Source of the DNA: Anaerovibrio lipolyticus
Lineage (GTDB): Bacteria > Bacillota > Negativicutes > Selenomonadales > Selenomonadaceae
Reading direction: 5' to 3' (one strand)
Length of the DNA: 51,704 nucleotides
Assembly: GCF_002372665.1 (NCBI RefSeq)
Contig: NZ_DFHJ01000047.1
A model generated the notes under the pieces. The model did no database searches. It had not been told where the DNA came from and saw only the letters and a list, made by a program, of their open reading frames with translations. This document shows, one piece after another, positions 49,348 to 51,704 of the stretch; position 1 is the stretch's first letter; each line of letters opens with the position of its first letter. The translations under genes and the position numbers were made by a program.

Positions 49348-50754
49348 ATGAAAGAATTTATTGGTCGTCAGCGTGAACTTGATGCTCTTGATGGTATTTG
49401 CAAAAAGGAAGGCTTCCAAATGATGGTGCTTTATGGTCGGCGCCGGGTTGGTAAGTCTACATTGCTACAGAAATTCATTGAAGGAAAGAAATCTATATTT
49501 TATACAGCTGTTAGAAGCAGCAGTCAAAGGAACCTTAAACTTTTGAGTGATTATGTTGTTGCGGCTTTGGCACCAGAAATGCAGGGCATTAGCTTTGATG
49601 CATACGAGCAATTATTTCATTGGATAGGTGAAAAGGCCAAAAATGAACGAATCATATTTATAATTGATGAGTTCCCTTATATGGCTGAGCAGGATAAATC
49701 GCTGCTTTCAGTGCTGCAGAAGTATATCGACAGAGAATGGATCACAGGAAATATATTCTTTATCCTGAGCGGTTCTTCAATCAGTTTCATGGAAGATGAA
49801 GTATTAAGCGAAAAGAGTCCTCTGTTCGGCCGCAGGACATCACAATTAAAATTAAAAGCCTTCAACTATCGGGAAGCAGCAGAATTTGTACCAAAATACA
49901 GTTTTGAAGATAAGGCTGTTGTATATGGTGTTACTGGTGGTATAGCCAAGTATCTGGCTATGTTTGACGATGGATTATCATTGGATGATAACCTTAAGAA
50001 TCTGTTTTTCTCCGACACAGGATATTTGTACGAGGAGCCTAATAATCTTCTGACACAGGAGTTTAAAAATGTGTCTCTTTATAATGCCATCATTGAAGCT
50101 GTAGCATCCGGCAGAAACAGAATTGTCACCATTGCTGACCTTACACACATGGAAAAGACCCAGGTTTCTCACGCAGTAGCGAATTTGGTTAGTACAGGAA
50201 TACTCAGTAAAGACTATGCCATTACTGATGAGAGCAATAAGCGTAAAGTCCAGTATGTATTAGCTGACAATATGTTCAGGTTTTGGTATCAGTTTGTTTC
50301 TCCGGGCGTTAGCATGATTGACTATGGACGTGGATATGTATATTACGAAAATGTGGTAAAAAATAACATTGCCCACTATATGGGGAGTGTTTTTGAGGAT
50401 ATGTGCCGTTACTTTACCATGGATGCAGGTTGTACTGGTGAATTGGCTTGTATGGTAATGAAGGTCGGAAAATGGTGGGGCACTAACCCAGCCAAAAAAG
50501 AAGAAACTGATATTGATGTAGTAGGTATTGATACTATTGGAAAACAGGCTGTTATTGGTGAATGTAAATACAAGAATGAATTATTGGATAAGAGCGTCTT
50601 TGAACAACTGGAAGAAAGAAAGGATTTGCTTAATAAAAAATATCAAGTAGTCCAATACCTGCTTTTCTCCAAGAGTGGTTTCTCTGACTGGATTAAAACT
50701 AATGCACAAACTAAAAATATATTTATGGTGGATTTGCCACGACTTTACAAATAA
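49348..50754 (+). CDS. Archaeal-type P-loop ATPase with wHTH and C-terminal DUF234 (PD-(D/E)xK-like) domain
   Basis: FIGRQREL, GRRRVGKS Walker A, IIDEF Walker B, SPLFGRRT, DNMFRFW and DIDVV..GECKY. Confidence 0.9.
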   Translation: MKEFIGRQRELDALDGICKKEGFQMMVLYGRRRVGKSTLLQKFIEGKKSIFYTAVRSSSQRNLKLLSDYVVAALAPEMQGISFDAYEQLFHWIGEKAKNERIIFIIDEFPYMAEQDKSLLSVLQKYIDREWITGNIFFILSGSSISFMEDEVLSEKSPLFGRRTSQLKLKAFNYREAAEFVPKYSFEDKAVVYGVTGGIAKYLAMFDDGLSLDDNLKNLFFSDTGYLYEEPNNLLTQEFKNVSLYNAIIEAVASGRNRIVTIADLTHMEKTQVSHAVANLVSTGILSKDYAITDESNKRKVQYVLADNMFRFWYQFVSPGVSMIDYGRGYVYYENVVKNNIAHYMGSVFEDMCRYFTMDAGCTGELACMVMKVGKWWGTNPAKKEETDIDVVGIDTIGKQAVIGECKYKNELLDKSVFEQLEERKDLLNKKYQVVQYLLFSKSGFSDWIKTNAQTKNIFMVDLPRLYK

Positions 50755-50760
50755 ATTGCA

Positions 50761-50807
50761 AAAATCTCCGCTATGGACTGTGACCCTACAGCCTTAGCGG
50801 GGATTTT
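50761..50807. terminator. Hairpin / bidirectional terminator
   Basis: AAAATCTCCGCTA..TAGCGGGGATTTT between convergent genes. Confidence 0.6.
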
Positions 50808-50884
50808 ATCTTCCATGCAGTTCATTAAATGGGATAATTAACTGCCTCACGCAGGTACTTTTATTTACAAGTAGCAATTCTTTA

Positions 50885-51058
50885 TCACTTATCTTGTCGC
50901 TCTATGCTATTTTCCTCAGGATGTGCAGACTTATGCTCTGATTCTACCTTAAGTTTTTCCAGGTACTTCGACATATATCTGTTAAGCCCAGAGGTTTCTG
51001 CAGTCAAGCCATAGCCATCACAGGCTATATCCCTAATATCAATACCTCTCGTAAACAT
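50885..51058 (-). CDS. Small hypothetical protein (57 aa)
   Basis: Not in the ORF track. MFTRGIDIRDIACDGYGLTAETSGLNRYMSKYLEKLKVE...; RBS AAAAGGAG and an upstream TATAAT. Confidence 0.55.
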   Translation of the reverse strand: MFTRGIDIRDIACDGYGLTAETSGLNRYMSKYLEKLKVESEHKSAHPEENSIERQDK

Positions 51059-51183
51059 ACATCTCAGCTCCTTTTAAGCAGTATTATACTGGTCTTACAG
51101 CCGTTCTGGTTGTACCATCAGGCCGTTACACTTTGATAATGTTTTCCTGCTTAATAAACAGTATACAGGAGCCAGAAGCAAAA

Positions 51184-51204
51184 AGGTTGCCCGCCAGGCA
51201 ACCT
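51184..51204 (-). terminator. Intrinsic terminator right after the antitoxin gene
   Basis: AGGTTGCC-N5-GGCAACCT followed by TTTT on the minus strand. Confidence 0.8.
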
Positions 51205-51208
51205 AAAA

Positions 51209-51463
51209 CTATATCCCCAGTTCTTTTCTAAGTTCTTCAGACGTTATTGTTCCCTCCGTAACTACAGAGTGCTCACCCTTTTGCATCTCAACCTGAAATC
51301 TGTACAAAGCCAACTGCTTTTCCAGATCATCCAGTTCCCGCATATTTATCATTGCAATATGCCCATGCCCATTCTTGGTCAGGTAGACACGGTTGCCATA
51401 TTTTACCTCTTTAACTACGTTTGTATAATTACGAAGCTCAGAAATTGGTTTTATATTCGGCAT
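51209..51463 (-). CDS. Phd/YefM family antitoxin
   Basis: IKPISELRNY..VYLTKNGHG..M pattern; RBS GAGGAG. Confidence 0.88.
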   Translation of the reverse strand: MPNIKPISELRNYTNVVKEVKYGNRVYLTKNGHGHIAMINMRELDDLEKQLALYRFQVEMQKGEHSVVTEGTITSEELRKELGI

Positions 51464-51541
51464 AGTAATCGCTCCTCTCTTGAGGACATTTTATCATCAT
51501 GGCTGTCAATTCAACAGCAAAATTTGCATCCAAATTTTACA

Positions 51542-51640
51542 GCCCTGAACATGCTAAAGGCTAAGGAGCCTATCGAAAAAATCACCCAGTACACCAGCCT
51601 AACCGAGGCGGAAATTCATGAACTAGCTAAAGAAATTTAA
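51542..51640 (+). pseudogene. C-terminal remnant of an Rpn (PD-(D/E)xK transposase-like) family gene
   Basis: ALNMLKAKEPIEKITQYTSLTEAEIHELAKEI* matches the typical A-x-NML..I...TGL..EI..L tail; no upstream coding body. Confidence 0.6.
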
Positions 51641-51680
51641 TCGCCATCAAAAAATTACCCCGCTAGGGACTGTACGGCAA

Positions 51681-51704
51681 TGGTGTGCTCCCCGTCAAGA
51701 GGAC
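51681..51704. mobile_element. Probable IS3-family terminal inverted repeat at the window end
   Basis: TGGTGTGCTCCCCGTCAAGAGGAC resembles IS3/IS150-group ends (TG-N3-TGC-CCC..GAC); only 24 bp are visible. Confidence 0.5.

Noticed and set aside
49142-51704. Intact integrative element with an att duplication of the tRNA 3' end
   Set aside because: No integrase and no second copy of the tRNA 3' end are visible in the window.

Overview
A 51.7 kb chromosomal segment from a diderm Firmicute, most likely Negativicutes (Selenomonadaceae-like). This is inferred from LPS, LptD and secretin genes alongside a Firmicute-type 6S RNA, a DAK2 protein and a cobA-hemD fusion. From the left, on the minus strand: a truncated nrdD; an AT-rich glycan locus (GT11 and GT10 fucosyltransferase-like genes, a sialyltransferase-like gene, neuA/neuC/neuB of the true sialic-acid type, an N-acetyl sugar amidotransferase and an MNT pseudogene); ADP-heptose and LPS core genes; lptD; the sirC-hemA-hemC-cobA/hemD-hemB-hemL cluster; a NarL/DegU-type regulator; a PilP-like/secretin pair; pgi, MATE and ydcF. 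These are followed by a cupin, a two-component pair, LysR, nagA, deoC, two hypotheticals, 6S RNA, a degenerate DAK2 protein, an FtsA-like ATPase with a beta-grasp-like repeat tail and tRNA-Gly(CCC). A small accessory islet closes the window: an ATPase-nuclease, a small ORF, an orphan Phd antitoxin, an Rpn remnant and an IS3-like end. The most unusual signals are two families of long, modular, structure-conserved intergenic repeats (one with an 'empty' form) and the pairing of a Neu5Ac-type pathway with a PseA/PtmG-like amidotransferase. All calls come from manual motif recognition; no searches or folding programs were run.
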